64,000 bases of DNA from Anaeromyxobacteraceae bacterium (GCA_047602405.1 JASGHJ010000002.1:2880001-2944000), one strand, 5' to 3'; positions 1-15,516 are shown, counted from the first letter of the stretch. The notes: generated by a model from the sequence alone, not told the origin. Program-made: numbers and translations.

Positions 1-1332
1 GATGCGGACCTTGTCCTGGCCGTCGCGGCTCGTCGTGAAGGTCTTCGACTTCTCGATGGGGATGGGGGTGTTCTTGTCGATGATCTTCTCGGTGAAGCCG
101 CCGACCGTCCCCACCCGCAGGGAGAGCGGCGTCACGTCGAGCAGGTAGCTCGCCTGGCCGTAGACCGCCGCCTCGCTGTTGAGGAGCGCCGCCGCCTGGA
201 TCGAGGCGCCGAGGGCGACGACCTCGTCGGGGTCGATGCCGGTCATGGCCTCCTTCTGGAAGTAGTGGCGGACGCTGTTGCGGATGATGGGCAGGCGGGT
301 CGGGCCGCCCACCAGGATCACCGCGTCGATGTCGGCGGCGGTGAGGCGGGCCGACTGGAGCGCCTCGTCGCAGACCTTGAAGGTCCGCTGCACGAGGTCC
401 ATCACCATCCGGTTGAACTGCTCCTGCTCGAGGTGCTGGGTGAGGTCGAGCACCTGGCCCTCCGGGGCCTGGCAGATCCCCTGGACGAAGATCTCGGCCT
501 TGCCGTGGCGGCCCACCTCGATCTTCGCGGTCTCGCCGGCCTCCTTCAGCATCTGGAGGCAGTACTTGTTCTGGCGCAGGTCGAGGCCGTGCTTCTGGAG
601 GAAGTCGTCGGCCAGCCACGTCATGATGCGATCGTCGAAGTCGTCGCCGCCGAGGTAGGTGTCACCCGCGGTCGAGAGCACCTCGAAGACGTCCTTGCCG
701 ATCTCGAGGATCGAGACGTCGAAGGTGCCGCCGCCGAGGTCGTACACGCAGATCTTCTGCGAGATGTCCTTGCCGAAGCCGTAGGCGAGCGCGGCGGCGG
801 TGGGCTCGTTGATGATGCGGAGCACCTCGAGCCCGGCGATCCGGCCGGCGTCCTTGGTGGCCTGGCGCTGGTTGTCGTTGAAGTAGGCGGGGCAGGTGAC
901 GACCGCCTTCCTCACCTCGCGGCCGAGCGCCGTCTCGGCGATCGCCTTCATCTCCTTGAGGACGAGCGCGGAGATCTCCGGGACCGCGAAGCTCTTCCCC
1001 TTCACCTGGACCCGGACCGAGTTGTTCGGGCCCTCGACGATGCCGTACGGCATCACCGCCTGCGCCTTCTTCACCTCGTCGGAGAAGAAGAAGCGGCCGA
1101 TGAGGCGCTTCGCCGAGTAGACGGTGTTCTCGGCGTTCGTGATGATGTTCTTCTTGGCGTTGTTGCCGACGAGGACCGTGCCGTCCTCGAGGAACGACAC
1201 GCAGGAGGCGTGGGTCCGCTCGGCCCACTCGTTGAGCAGCACCTGGGGCGGCGCGCCCGCCTCCGTGACGGCGGCGACGCAGCTGTAGCTCGTACCGAGG
1301 TCGATGCCGATCGCGATGCCGTCGTCGCTCAT
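1..1332 (-). CDS. Hsp70/DnaK-family protein (3' end runs off the window)
   Basis: Minus-strand translation [20 protein letters not shown]..., [70 protein letters not shown] at 1332. Confidence 0.95.
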   Translation of the reverse strand, partial: MSDDGIAIGIDLGTSYSCVAAVTEAGAPPQVLLNEWAERTHASCVSFLEDGTVLVGNNAKKNIITNAENTVYSAKRLIGRFFFSDEVKKAQAVMPYGIVEGPNNSVRVQVKGKSFAVPEISALVLKEMKAIAETALGREVRKAVVTCPAYFNDNQRQATKDAGRIAGLEVLRIINEPTAAALAYGFGKDISQKICVYDLGGGTFDVSILEIGKDVFEVLSTAGDTYLGGDDFDDRIMTWLADDFLQKHGLDLRQNKYCLQMLKEAGETAKIEVGRHGKAEIFVQGICQAPEGQVLDLTQHLEQEQFNRMVMDLVQRTFKVCDEALQSARLTAADIDAVILVGGPTRLPIIRNSVRHYFQKEAMTGIDPDEVVALGASIQAAALLNSEAAVYGQASYLLDVTPLSLRVGTVGGFTEKIIDKNTPIPIEKSKTFTTSRDGQDKVRI

Positions 1333-1382
1333 GAGGTCGGTGGGTGATGGCGTGGTGAGCCAGCGATCACGCCGGTTTAGGG

Positions 1383-1412
1383 ATCCTAGCGGCCGGGTCT
1401 CGACCCTGTCAA
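1383..1412 (-). promoter_or_regulatory. sigma70-type promoter for the Hsp70 gene
   Basis: TTGACA-18 nt-TAGGAT on the minus strand about 50 nt upstream of the ATG. Confidence 0.6.
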
Positions 1413-1509
1413 ACACGTGGCCGCGCCTTCGTTCGCCCGACGGTGCGTGCGCGCCCGTGGGATGGCCCTGTCACCCCGATCCGTTATTACATTCGGACCT
1501 GGGAGAACC

Positions 1510-2400
1510 ATGGGCGCGCTCGTCGCCGTGCTCCAGACCGATGCCAGCCTGATGCGGTGCCAGCTGGCCCGCCTCGCCGCCCACGTGACGCTCGGCGGCG
1601 TCTCGTCCGGCGGCAGCTCATCCGGCGGCAGCTCATCTGGCGGCACGGCCCCGGCCGACCCGCCCCCGGACGCGTACGGCTTCGGCTACTACGAGGGCGG
1701 CAGCGTCCTCCTCGGCCACCGCCCCTCCGGCGCCGCGTCGCCCCTCGGCCTGCCCGAGCTCGTGGGCGACGTCGACTCCGAGGCGCTCCTCGCCCACGCG
1801 CGCCGGGCCACCGTCGGCAAGGCGCGCGAGGAGAACACGCACCCGTTCCGGCACCACCAGTGGCTGTTCGCCCACGACGGCACGATCTCCGGCTGGACCG
1901 AGGTCAAGCCGCGCCTCGTCGCCGCCCTGCCGGACTTCCTCCGCCGGTCCATCGGGGGCGATACCGACTCCGAGCACGCGTTCATGCTCTTCCTCGACCA
2001 GCTCCGCGCGGAGGGACGGCTCGACGACCCGGACCTCGAGCCGGCCGCGGCCGCGCGGGCGCTGGGGCGGACGGTCAGGGCCATCGAGGCGCTCGCCCGG
2101 GAGGCAGGCGAGCAGCGCCCGAGCCGGCTCGTGCTCGCGGCCACCAACGGCCGGCTGCTCGTCGCCGCGCGGCGGGGCGGGCCGCTGTACTACGCGCTGT
2201 TCGAGGGCCTGCTCCCCTGCCCGCTCCACGGCCTCGGCGTCGACGCCACCGAGAGCCAGCCGGCGTTCCGGCAGCACCGCGCGGTGAAGGCGGTCTGCTT
2301 CGCGAACCGGCTCACCTCCTCGAACGGCTTCATCGAGGTGCCGGAGGGCAGCGTGGTCGCGGTGGGGCGGAACCTCTCCGTCTCGGTCTCCCCGATCTAG
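1510..2400 (+). CDS. class II glutamine amidotransferase (EgtC/YafJ-like), lacking the N-terminal catalytic Cys
   Basis: AHARRATVG, ENTHPF, WLFAHDG and GDTDSE motifs; GGGAGA RBS before ATG 1510. Confidence 0.85.
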   Translation: MGALVAVLQTDASLMRCQLARLAAHVTLGGVSSGGSSSGGSSSGGTAPADPPPDAYGFGYYEGGSVLLGHRPSGAASPLGLPELVGDVDSEALLAHARRATVGKAREENTHPFRHHQWLFAHDGTISGWTEVKPRLVAALPDFLRRSIGGDTDSEHAFMLFLDQLRAEGRLDDPDLEPAAAARALGRTVRAIEALAREAGEQRPSRLVLAATNGRLLVAARRGGPLYYALFEGLLPCPLHGLGVDATESQPAFRQHRAVKAVCFANRLTSSNGFIEVPEGSVVAVGRNLSVSVSPI

Positions 2401-2409
2401 CGACGCGGT

Positions 2410-3453
2410 TCACGCGCCCCAGGGCCGGGGCACGTACAGCTCCTCCCAGGTCGAGATCGCGAACCGGTCGGTCATCCCCGACAGCCAGTCCACGACCGCC
2501 CGCCCGAGCTCCTCGGGATCGCGCCCGGCGAGCCCGGATCGGGCGGAGAACCGCGCGGGATCCTCGAGGCACCAGGCGTGCAGGTCCTTCAGGATCCGCT
2601 GCGCCTTCACGAACTCCTCGTGCACGACGGGGTTCTCGTAGACGCGGGCGTAGAGGAAGTCGCGGAGCGCGAGGAGCGCCTCGTGCACCGCGGGCGACAG
2701 CGCGATGTGCCCGCCGCCGTCGACGTCGGAGGTCTGGATCACGTCGTGCACGAGCGTCGCGAAGCGCTGCGAGTGCGAGGCGCCGAGGGTGGTGCGGATC
2801 CCGGCCGGGAGATCGCCCTCGCCGAAGAGCCCGGCGCGGAGCGCGTCGTCGAGGTCGTGGTTGACGTACGCGATGATGTCGGCGAGCCGGACGATCTCCG
2901 CCTCGAGCGTCAGGGACTTCTGCCCGCCCTGGAGGAGCACGTTCCCCTTGCCCTTCGAGTGACGGAGGATCCCGTCGCGGACCTCGGCGGTGAGGTTGAG
3001 CCCCTCCCCGTCGCGCTCGAGCACCTCGACGACGCGGAGCGACTGCACGACGTGGTGGAAGCCGCCGGGGACGAGCGCGTTCAGGGCCCGCTCGCCCGCG
3101 TGGCCGAAGGGCGTGTGCCCGAGGTCGTGCCCCATCACCATCGCCTCGACGAGCATCTCGTTGAGCCGGAGCGCCCGGGCGATGGAGCGCGCCACCTGCG
3201 CCACCTCCAGCGTGTGCGTGAGGCGGGTGCGGTAGTGGTCGCCCTTCGGGGCGAGGAACACCTGCGTCTTCCCCGCCAGGCGGCGGAAGGCCTTCGAGTG
3301 CACGATGCGGTCGCGGTCCCGCTGGAAGGCCGGGCGCTCGTCGTCCTCCCGCCAGGGCCGCTCGCGCCCCTTCGACCGCGACGACCGGGCGGCGCGCGGG
3401 TGGAGCGTGCGCTCCTCGAGCTCTTCCAGCATCTCGCGGATCGTCTGGGCCAT
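2410..3453 (-). CDS. dgt: deoxyguanosinetriphosphate triphosphohydrolase (HD domain)
   Basis: FQRDRDRIVHSKAFRRLAGKTQV, RTRLTHTLEV, HDLGHTPFGHAGE, YVNHDLDD; start MAQTIRE. Confidence 0.95.
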   Translation of the reverse strand: MAQTIREMLEELEERTLHPRAARSSRSKGRERPWREDDERPAFQRDRDRIVHSKAFRRLAGKTQVFLAPKGDHYRTRLTHTLEVAQVARSIARALRLNEMLVEAMVMGHDLGHTPFGHAGERALNALVPGGFHHVVQSLRVVEVLERDGEGLNLTAEVRDGILRHSKGKGNVLLQGGQKSLTLEAEIVRLADIIAYVNHDLDDALRAGLFGEGDLPAGIRTTLGASHSQRFATLVHDVIQTSDVDGGGHIALSPAVHEALLALRDFLYARVYENPVVHEEFVKAQRILKDLHAWCLEDPARFSARSGLAGRDPEELGRAVVDWLSGMTDRFAISTWEELYVPRPWGA

Positions 3454-3473
3454 GCCTGGCTCCTTACCGCCGG

Positions 3474-4265
3474 TCACCCGTAGAAGCTCGCCTCGAGCGT
3501 GGCGAGGAAGAGGTTCGACGCCGCGTGCACGAGCACCGGGGCCGCGACCGACCCGGTCCGCGCCCGCAACCAGCCGAACAGGAGCCCCGGGAAGAAGGTG
3601 GCGAGCCGCCAGGGCTCGAGCACCACGAGGTGCCCGGCCGCGAAGAGCGCCTGGGTGGCGAGGAAGCCCGGGCCGAGCCGGGCCCCGAGGAGCGTGCGGC
3701 CGGGGCCGGGCACGGCCCGCGCCCAGGAGGTCTGCATCCAGCCCCGGTAGAAGAGCTCCTCCGGCAGCGCCACCACGAGGAGCTGCACCGGGATGCGCCA
3801 GAGGAGCCCCTCCGGCGCCCGCCAGGTGAACGCGGCGGGCGCGCCGTAGGGCGCGAGCGCGTGGGCGAGCGCGGGCGGCAGGGACGGCAGCGCGCGGGAG
3901 AAGGCCCAGAAGCCGAGGCCGAAGAGCGGGAAGACCACCGCGCAGGTCCCGAGCGCCCAGAGCGCGCCGCGCGCCCAGTCCCGGCGCACCACCGGATCGC
4001 CGGGCCCGGTGCCGGGGAGCCCGAGGCGCTCCCAGCCCTCGCCGCGGAGGCGGAGCCGCCGGTCCGGGAGGGTCACGAACAGGACCGCGGCCACCCCGGC
4101 GAGGTTCGCGCCGAGGAGGCCCGTGGGCTCGACGAGCGAGAGGAGCTTCGCGCAGAGGATGCCGCCGACCGCGAGCAGCCACGTGCGCACGAGCACGGGC
4201 GGCGGATCGGCCGGGCCGGCGGCCTCGTCGGGGTGGGTGCGCGCGTCGTCGGGTGGGACGGCCAC
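3474..4265 (-). CDS. CPBP (CAAX/Abi) glutamic intramembrane protease, myxosortase MrtX/MXAN_2755-like
   Basis: Multi-TM protein with LPEELFYRG, FAAGH, FFPGLLFGWLRARTGS and HAASN motifs; sits next to a MYXO-CTERM gene. Confidence 0.8.
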   Translation of the reverse strand: MAVPPDDARTHPDEAAGPADPPPVLVRTWLLAVGGILCAKLLSLVEPTGLLGANLAGVAAVLFVTLPDRRLRLRGEGWERLGLPGTGPGDPVVRRDWARGALWALGTCAVVFPLFGLGFWAFSRALPSLPPALAHALAPYGAPAAFTWRAPEGLLWRIPVQLLVVALPEELFYRGWMQTSWARAVPGPGRTLLGARLGPGFLATQALFAAGHLVVLEPWRLATFFPGLLFGWLRARTGSVAAPVLVHAASNLFLATLEASFYG

Positions 4266-4418
4266 GACGAGCGCATCTCACGCGCCCGACGGCGCGTCAA
4301 ACTCGTGTGCCGCGCGCGCGGCCGGTGTAGGCCGAGGTGCGCCGGGCGGGCCGGCCGTGGGTTCGGCGTACCCGGGAGCGCGTGCTAACCTGACGAGGTT
4401 CCACAGGGAGCCCCGCAC

Positions 4419-9737
<5,319 letters not shown>

Positions 9738-9778
9738 GGGGGCTTGCTCGTCCCGAGCTTCTCGGCCTGGCCGCGAGT

Positions 9779-10092
9779 CCGTGGGAGCCAAACGGGCCTC
9801 CGCGACAGCGCTTGCTCGGACGGGTTTGAGACGGAAGAGATTGCCGGAACCGTTGCCGTTCCACGGCGGTGATCGCGCAGCAGGCCTGCGGACCATGTGC
9901 GCGTGACGGCGTCGTGCGCTGCGCGCACGGCGCCGTCCTCGCGCGATGGTTCCTTGGCCTGCAATGCGAGATGTGGTGACGGTACCTCGCCCGTCGCTCG
10001 CTGCGCGCTGCTGCGGAGGCCCGTTTGGCTCTCGGGCGTCGTGGACGGCGGTGCGGCCGATACTGCTGGGGTGCTGGTGAACGACTAACGGT
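9779..10092 (+). repeat. copy 1 of a ~300-bp palindromic non-coding repeat
   Basis: Aligns with the reverse complement of 10122-10437; its own ends pair (9783-9803 with 10013-10033). Confidence 0.85.
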
Positions 10093-10121
10093 AGGTCACC
10101 CGCCGTCCGTCACCTCATCGG

Positions 10122-10437
10122 AACCATCAGTTCATCACTCGCCGCCCAGCAGTATCGGCCGACCTCAGTCCGCTACCTCCGAGGGCGAAACGCGTCTCCG
10201 CAGCGGCGCGCAGCGAGCGACGGGCGAGGTTCCGTCTCCACATCGCAGCATTGCAGGCCTAGAGATGTGGGCGGGTGACGGCATGGCGCGCGCAGCGCGC
10301 TGTGCCGTCACCCGCATCTCAATCGACGGCCTGCTGCCGCCGATCACCGCCGTGGAACAGCAACGGTTCCGGTGATCGGTCCCGTCTCAAACCCGTCCGA
10401 GCAAGCGCCGTCGCGGAGGCGCGTTTCGCCCCCACGG
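10122..10437 (-). repeat. copy 2 (inverted) of the ~300-bp palindromic non-coding repeat
   Basis: A 27-nt block at 10382-10408 is the exact reverse complement of 9808-9834; its own ends pair (10181-10201 with 10413-10433). Confidence 0.85.
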
Positions 10438-10538
10438 CAACGCACCGTCGACGACAAGGGGGGAACGAACGGCCAAGCGTGGGACGAACGGTTGGCCCCC
10501 ACGGCAGCGCACCGTCGACGACAGGGGAAACGAGCGGT
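10428..10538 (+). repeat. two-copy direct repeat, period 67 bp
   Basis: GCCCCCACGGCARCGCACCGTCGACGACA-purine run-AACGARCGG at 10428 and 10495. Confidence 0.8.
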
Positions 10539-10540
10539 TC

Positions 10541-11113
10541 TTACTCGACCACCCAGATCATCTCCCACCTGCGGCCCTCGCGGGCCGCAGGCACGGAGAG
10601 GATCACGTCCTGGAGCTGGCGGCGGGCGCAGTCGACCGCGCCGGGGTCCTCGGGGGGCGGCACGGGGACGCCCGCCGGGAACTCCTTCGGATCGTGCGCC
10701 GTGCCCTTCACCTCGACGACGCGCACCCGGCGGTCGAGCGACTCGAAGCCCAGGAGCAGCTCGGCGTGGAGGAGCCGGCACGGGCGCACGCGGTCGGCGT
10801 AGGCGTGGAGCGCCTCCTGGATCTGCGCCGTCCAGGCCTGGAGCGCGGCGGCGCGCTCGCCGAGGTCGGCGGGCAGCGTCTCCTTCGCGGTGCCCTCCCC
10901 GGGCTCCCTCGGCTTCGGGGGCGCCTCCCGCGGCGGCGGCGGGGGGCTGGCGTTCGGCAGCACGATTTGCGGCAGCGGCGCGGGTGCCGCGGCCTCGGGC
11001 GCCGGCGCGGCGCCGGGTCCCTTCACCGGCCCCTCGAGCGACAGCACGAGCCACACTCCGCCCGCGGCGAGGAGCACGATCCCTGCGAGGCCGGCGAGGA
11101 GCCCCTTCCTCAC
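10541..11113 (-). CDS. hypothetical membrane-anchored Pro-rich protein
   Basis: N-terminal TM helix and Pro/Ala linker; GTG start overlaps the ptsG stop (GTGA). Confidence 0.7.
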   Translation of the reverse strand: MRKGLLAGLAGIVLLAAGGVWLVLSLEGPVKGPGAAPAPEAAAPAPLPQIVLPNASPPPPPREAPPKPREPGEGTAKETLPADLGERAAALQAWTAQIQEALHAYADRVRPCRLLHAELLLGFESLDRRVRVVEVKGTAHDPKEFPAGVPVPPPEDPGAVDCARRQLQDVILSVPAAREGRRWEMIWVVE

Positions 11114-12958
11114 GTCGCCTTGACCGCCTCGGCCAGCCTGTCGGCGTGCTCACCCACGATGAGGTGGAGGATACCAGGTCCGGCCTGCATCACCGCCATG
11201 ACGCCCGCGCCGCGGGCGCCCGGCTCGTCGAACCGGCCGGGGTCCGCGAGCACGACGCGCAGGCGCGTGAGCGCGACGGCATCGAGCGAGCGCAGGTTCT
11301 CGCGGCCGCCGAGGGCGCGAAGGAGCGGCGGAGCCGCCTCGGCGACCCAGGCGTCCGCGCCGGCCGCCGCGGCGGCGAGGCCCGGCCCCGGCGCCGGCAG
11401 GGAAGCCGGAGCGGGCGGAGCGGCCGCTTGCGCCGCCCCGTCCGCCTCGGCCCCCGCAGAGGCCGCAGTCGACGCGAGGTAGAGCTGCATGTCGGTCTTC
11501 AGGTTCTCCGACACCGGCCCGAAGATCGCCTGCACCCCGTTCCCGATGACGACCACGCCGGTGGCGCCGAGCGCCTTGAGGCGCGCCTGGTCCACCCGGG
11601 CCGGGTCGGCCACCGTGATGCGCAGGCGGGTGATGCAGGCGTCGAGGGCCTTCAGGTTCGGGCGGCCGCCGAACGCGAGCACGAGGTCGCGCGCCTTCGA
11701 GGAGCCGGCGGAGGTGGCGGCGTGGGCGGCCTGCGCGACCGGCGCGTCCTCGCGGCCCGGGGTCTTGAGGTCGAGCCAGCGGATCGCCGCGCGGAACGTG
11801 ACGTAGTAGATGCCCGCGTAGATCGGCCCGAACACCAGCACGAGCCACCACTTCTGCGAGAACGGGTTGAGGACGTTGAAGACGACGAAGTCGATCCCGC
11901 CCTGGGAGAAGGTGAAGCCCATGTGCACGCCGAGCGTCGCGAACAGGAACTGGGCGGTCGCGACGAGGAGCGCGTGCACGAGGTAGAGCTGCGGCGCCAC
12001 GAACAGGAACGCGAACTCGATGGGCTCGGTGATGCCGGTGAGGAACGAGGTCAGCGCGGCCGAGATCATCATGCCGCCGACGGCGGTGCGGTGCTCGGGC
12101 TTCGCCGAGTGCCAGATGGCGATCGCGGCGGCGGGCAGGCCCCACATCTTGAAGAGGAAGGCGCCGCCGAGGATGCCGGCGGTCGGGTCCCCGGAGAAGT
12201 AGCGCTGGATGTCGCCCGTGACGGTCTTGCCGGTCACCGGATTGACGAAGCTGCCGATCTCGTAGAAGAACGGCGCGTTCCAGATGTGGTGGAGCCCGAA
12301 GGGCACCAGCATGCGCTCCACGAAGCCGTAGAGCGTCGCCGCGAGGCGCGGGTCGCCGACCGCGGCCCAGTGGGAGAAGACGTTGATGCCGCGCCCGATG
12401 GGCGGCCAGACCACCGCGAGCACGAGGCCGAGCCCGATGGCCGAGAGCGCGGTGATGATGGGCACGAAGCGCTTGCCGGCGAAGAAGGCCAGGTAGGGCG
12501 GCAGCGAGATCCGGTAGAAGCGGTTGAACATCCACGCCGCGAGCGCGCCGGCGAGGATGCCGCCGAACACCCCGGTCTGCATGGACTTGATGCCCATGAT
12601 GGTGGCCGGCGGGATGCCCCACACCCCGGCCAGCACGCCCATGGTCGCGAGCATGACCGTGTAGCCGATCATCGCGGCGATGGCCGAGACGCCGTCGTTC
12701 TCGGTGAACCCGAGCGCGACCGCGATGGCGAAGATGAGCGGCATGTTGCCGAACACCACGTCGCCGCTCATGCGCATCAGGTCGGAGACGACCTGCGGCA
12801 TCCAGTGGAAGTTCGCCGCGCCGATGCCGAGGAGCAGGCCCGCGACCGGCAGCACCGCCACCGGCAGCATGAGGGACTTGCCGATTCTTCTGCAGGAACC
12901 CGAACGCGCCGGTGAGCGCGCCCTCCCCCGCCGGAGCCGCCGCCGCCGTCGTCGTCAT
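11110..12958 (-). CDS. ptsG: PTS glucose-family EIICB with an extra degenerate C-terminal EIIB; +1 frameshift near 12885 (probable sequence error)
   Basis: (FLQKIGKS)[46 protein letters not shown] 12958 overlaps the stop of the upstream PTS gene. Confidence 0.9.
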
Positions 12959-15516
12959 GTGAGCACCTTGGTCGCGGTGGCCGCGCCGGACTCGTCGAAC
13001 TGCACGAGCGCCTGGCGGACCTCCGCCGTGGTCCTGCAGCGCAGCACCTCGGTCGCGAGCTCGGAGCACTCCGAGAGCCGGTGCCGCGAGATGGCGGCCT
13101 TCACCGGCGCGATGGAGGGCACGCTCACCGACAGCTCGTCGAGGCCGAGGCCCACGAGGAGCGGGACGGCCAGCGCCTCGGAGGCGAGCCCGCCGCAGAC
13201 CCCCACCCACTTCCCCTGCTCGTGGGCGCCCTCGACCGTCATCGCCATCATCCGCAGCACGGCCGGGTGGAGCGCGTCGGCCTGGCGGGCGAGCCGGGGG
13301 TGCCCGCGGTCCATCGCGAGCGTGTACTGGGTGAGGTCGTTCGTGCCGATGGAGAAGAAGTCCACCTCGCGCGCGAGCTGCTCGACGATCACCGCGGCCG
13401 AGGGGACCTCGACCATGATGCCGACCTTCACGGCGCGGGGGATGGCCTGCTGCTCCTCGGCGAGGAGCGCCTTCGCCTGGCGCAGCTCCTCGAGCGTCGC
13501 CACCATCGGGAACATGAGGTGCAGGTTCCCGGCCGGCGCCGCGCGCAGGATGGCGCGGAGCTGGACCCGGAAGACGTCCGGATAGGCGAGGCTGACCCGG
13601 ATGCCGCGCAGGCCCAGGAAGGGGTTCTGCTCCCTCGGCAGCGGCATGTACGAGAGCGGCTTGTCGCCGCCCACGTCGAGGGTCCGCACGATGAAGCGGC
13701 GGTCGCGGCCCAGCGCCTCGGCCATCGCGCCGTACTCGGCGGCCTGCTCGTCCTCGCCCGGCGCCACGTCGCGGTCGGCGAAGAGGAGCTCGGTGCGGAG
13801 CAGCCCCACGCCCTCGGCGCCGGAGGCGAGCGCGGCCTTCACGTCCTCGAGCGTCGCCACGTTCGCGGCGACCTCGATGCGGTGGCCGTCCCGCGTGCGC
13901 GCGGGCTGCCCTGCGGCGGCCGCCTCCTGCTCGCGCCGCGCGGCCTGGTCGGCGATGCGCTGCCTCACCGCGATGACGTGCCCCTCGTCCGGGCTCACCT
14001 TCACGAGGCCGATGGCGCCGTCGATGACGACCCTCAGGCCGTTCGGCAGGCTGAGCGCGTGCTCCTCGATGCCGCACACCGCCGGGATGCCCATCGAGCG
14101 GGCGAGGATCGCCACGTGGCTCGTCGAGCCGCCGGTGGTCGTGCAGAAGCCGAGCACGACCTTCGGGTCGAGGGCGGCCACCTCGGAGGGGGTGAGCTCG
14201 TCGGAGATCAGGATTGACCCGGGCGGGATCTCCGCCTGCGCGGTCGCCGCGCCGGTGAGGAGCCCGAGGAGCCGCCCGCCAACGTCGCGGAGGTCCGCCG
14301 CGCGCTCGCGCATCAGCGCGTTCTCGAGCTGCTCGAGCTTCGCCGCCTGGCCGGTGTACGCCTCGCGCCAGGCGAAGGCGGCGCTCTTGCCCTCGGCGAG
14401 GTGCCGCTCGGTGGTCTCGATGAGGTCCGGGTCCTCGAGCAGCGCGAGCTGCACGTCCAGGATCGCGGCCTTGCCGGGGTCGGCGGCGTGGCGCTCGAGC
14501 GCGTCGATCTGCCGGGCCGCCTCGCGGACCGCGGCGGCGTACCGGGCGCGCTCCTCGTCGGGCGTGCCGCCGCGCTCTTCGACCGCGATGGCGGCGTGGC
14601 GGCGCTGGAACACCTTGCCGATGGCGAGCCCCGGCGACGCGGGCGCGCCGACGAGCTCGTTCGAGCCGCTCGGCGCGACCCGCGGGACCGGCGCGCGGCG
14701 CGCCTCGGGGGCGACCGGCGCGTCCGACGCCTTCTCCCCGAGGCCGTGGGCGACCTGGGCGGCGAGGTGGGCGACCGCCGCGGCGGCGTCGGGGCCGGTG
14801 GCCTCGAAGACCACCTGCTCGCCCTGCTGGGCCGAGAGCCCCATGATCGCGACGACCGACTTCGCGTTCACCCGGTCGGCGCCGCGCACGAGGGTGACCG
14901 ACGACTGGTACTTCTTCGCCTCGCCCGCGAGCACCGCGGCGGGCCGGGCGTGGAGGCCGACCCGGTTCGGGATCGCCACCGGGGCAGACCGCACCGTCTC
15001 GCCGGACACGCTGGCCGCGCGCGCCTGGGCGCCGCCGAGCTCCACGGTGAGGAGCACCGAGCGGCCCGCCTCGACGAGGCCCCTGGCGGCCTCGAGGCGG
15101 CTGACGCGCTCGACGTTCGTGACCACGACCTCGGTGAGCAGGCTGCGGGCGGTGCGGGCGATGGCGTCGAGGTCGAGGCGCAGCACCGGCTGGCCGCGCT
15201 CGACGTGGTCGCCGAGGGCGACGAGCGGGGTGAACCCCCGCCCGGCCAGGGTGACCGTGTCGAGGCCGACGTGGACCAGGACCTCGACCCCGGCCGCGCT
15301 CGTGATGGCGAGCGCGTGGTGGGCGGAGTGGAGCTGGGTCACGTCACCGGTGATCGGGGCGAGCACCTCGGCAGAGGTGGGGTCGATCGCCGCCCCGTCG
15401 CCGACCATCTTCCGCGCGAAGACGGGATTGGGCACCGAGTCCAGCGGCACGACCACGCCGGACAGCGGGGCGACGATCTCGATCCTCGTTGGTGATCCCG
15501 ACATGGCCACGCTCAC
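12955..15516 (-). CDS. multiphosphoryl transfer protein EIIA(Glc)-HPr-Enzyme I fusion
   Basis: EIIA EVLVHVGLDTV, HPr GLHARPA and NAKS, EI TSHVAILARS, GLLRTE, RTLDVGGDK, SIGTNDLTQY; true start may be ATG 15504. Confidence 0.95.
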   Translation of the reverse strand: MSVAMSGSPTRIEIVAPLSGVVVPLDSVPNPVFARKMVGDGAAIDPTSAEVLAPITGDVTQLHSAHHALAITSAAGVEVLVHVGLDTVTLAGRGFTPLVALGDHVERGQPVLRLDLDAIARTARSLLTEVVVTNVERVSRLEAARGLVEAGRSVLLTVELGGAQARAASVSGETVRSAPVAIPNRVGLHARPAAVLAGEAKKYQSSVTLVRGADRVNAKSVVAIMGLSAQQGEQVVFEATGPDAAAAVAHLAAQVAHGLGEKASDAPVAPEARRAPVPRVAPSGSNELVGAPASPGLAIGKVFQRRHAAIAVEERGGTPDEERARYAAAVREAARQIDALERHAADPGKAAILDVQLALLEDPDLIETTERHLAEGKSAAFAWREAYTGQAAKLEQLENALMRERAADLRDVGGRLLGLLTGAATAQAEIPPGSILISDELTPSEVAALDPKVVLGFCTTTGGSTSHVAILARSMGIPAVCGIEEHALSLPNGLRVVIDGAIGLVKVSPDEGHVIAVRQRIADQAARREQEAAAAGQPARTRDGHRIEVAANVATLEDVKAALASGAEGVGLLRTELLFADRDVAPGEDEQAAEYGAMAEALGRDRRFIVRTLDVGGDKPLSYMPLPREQNPFLGLRGIRVSLAYPDVFRVQLRAILRAAPAGNLHLMFPMVATLEELRQAKALLAEEQQAIPRAVKVGIMVEVPSAAVIVEQLAREVDFFSIGTNDLTQYTLAMDRGHPRLARQADALHPAVLRMMAMTVEGAHEQGKWVGVCGGLASEALAVPLLVGLGLDELSVSVPSIAPVKAAISRHRLSECSELATEVLRCRTTAEVRQALVQFDESGAATATKVLT

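Noticed and set aside
2410..3453. dGTPase as an anti-phage defence gene
   Set aside because: Short housekeeping-type Dgt in a non-defence neighbourhood
9897..10375. Small ORFs inside the inverted repeat sharing peptides such as RCGDGTSPVARCA
   Set aside because: Similarity follows from the DNA repeat; indels break frames and the substitutions preserve base pairing rather than codons
10428..10538. CRISPR array
   Set aside because: Only two imperfect units and no cas genes in the window
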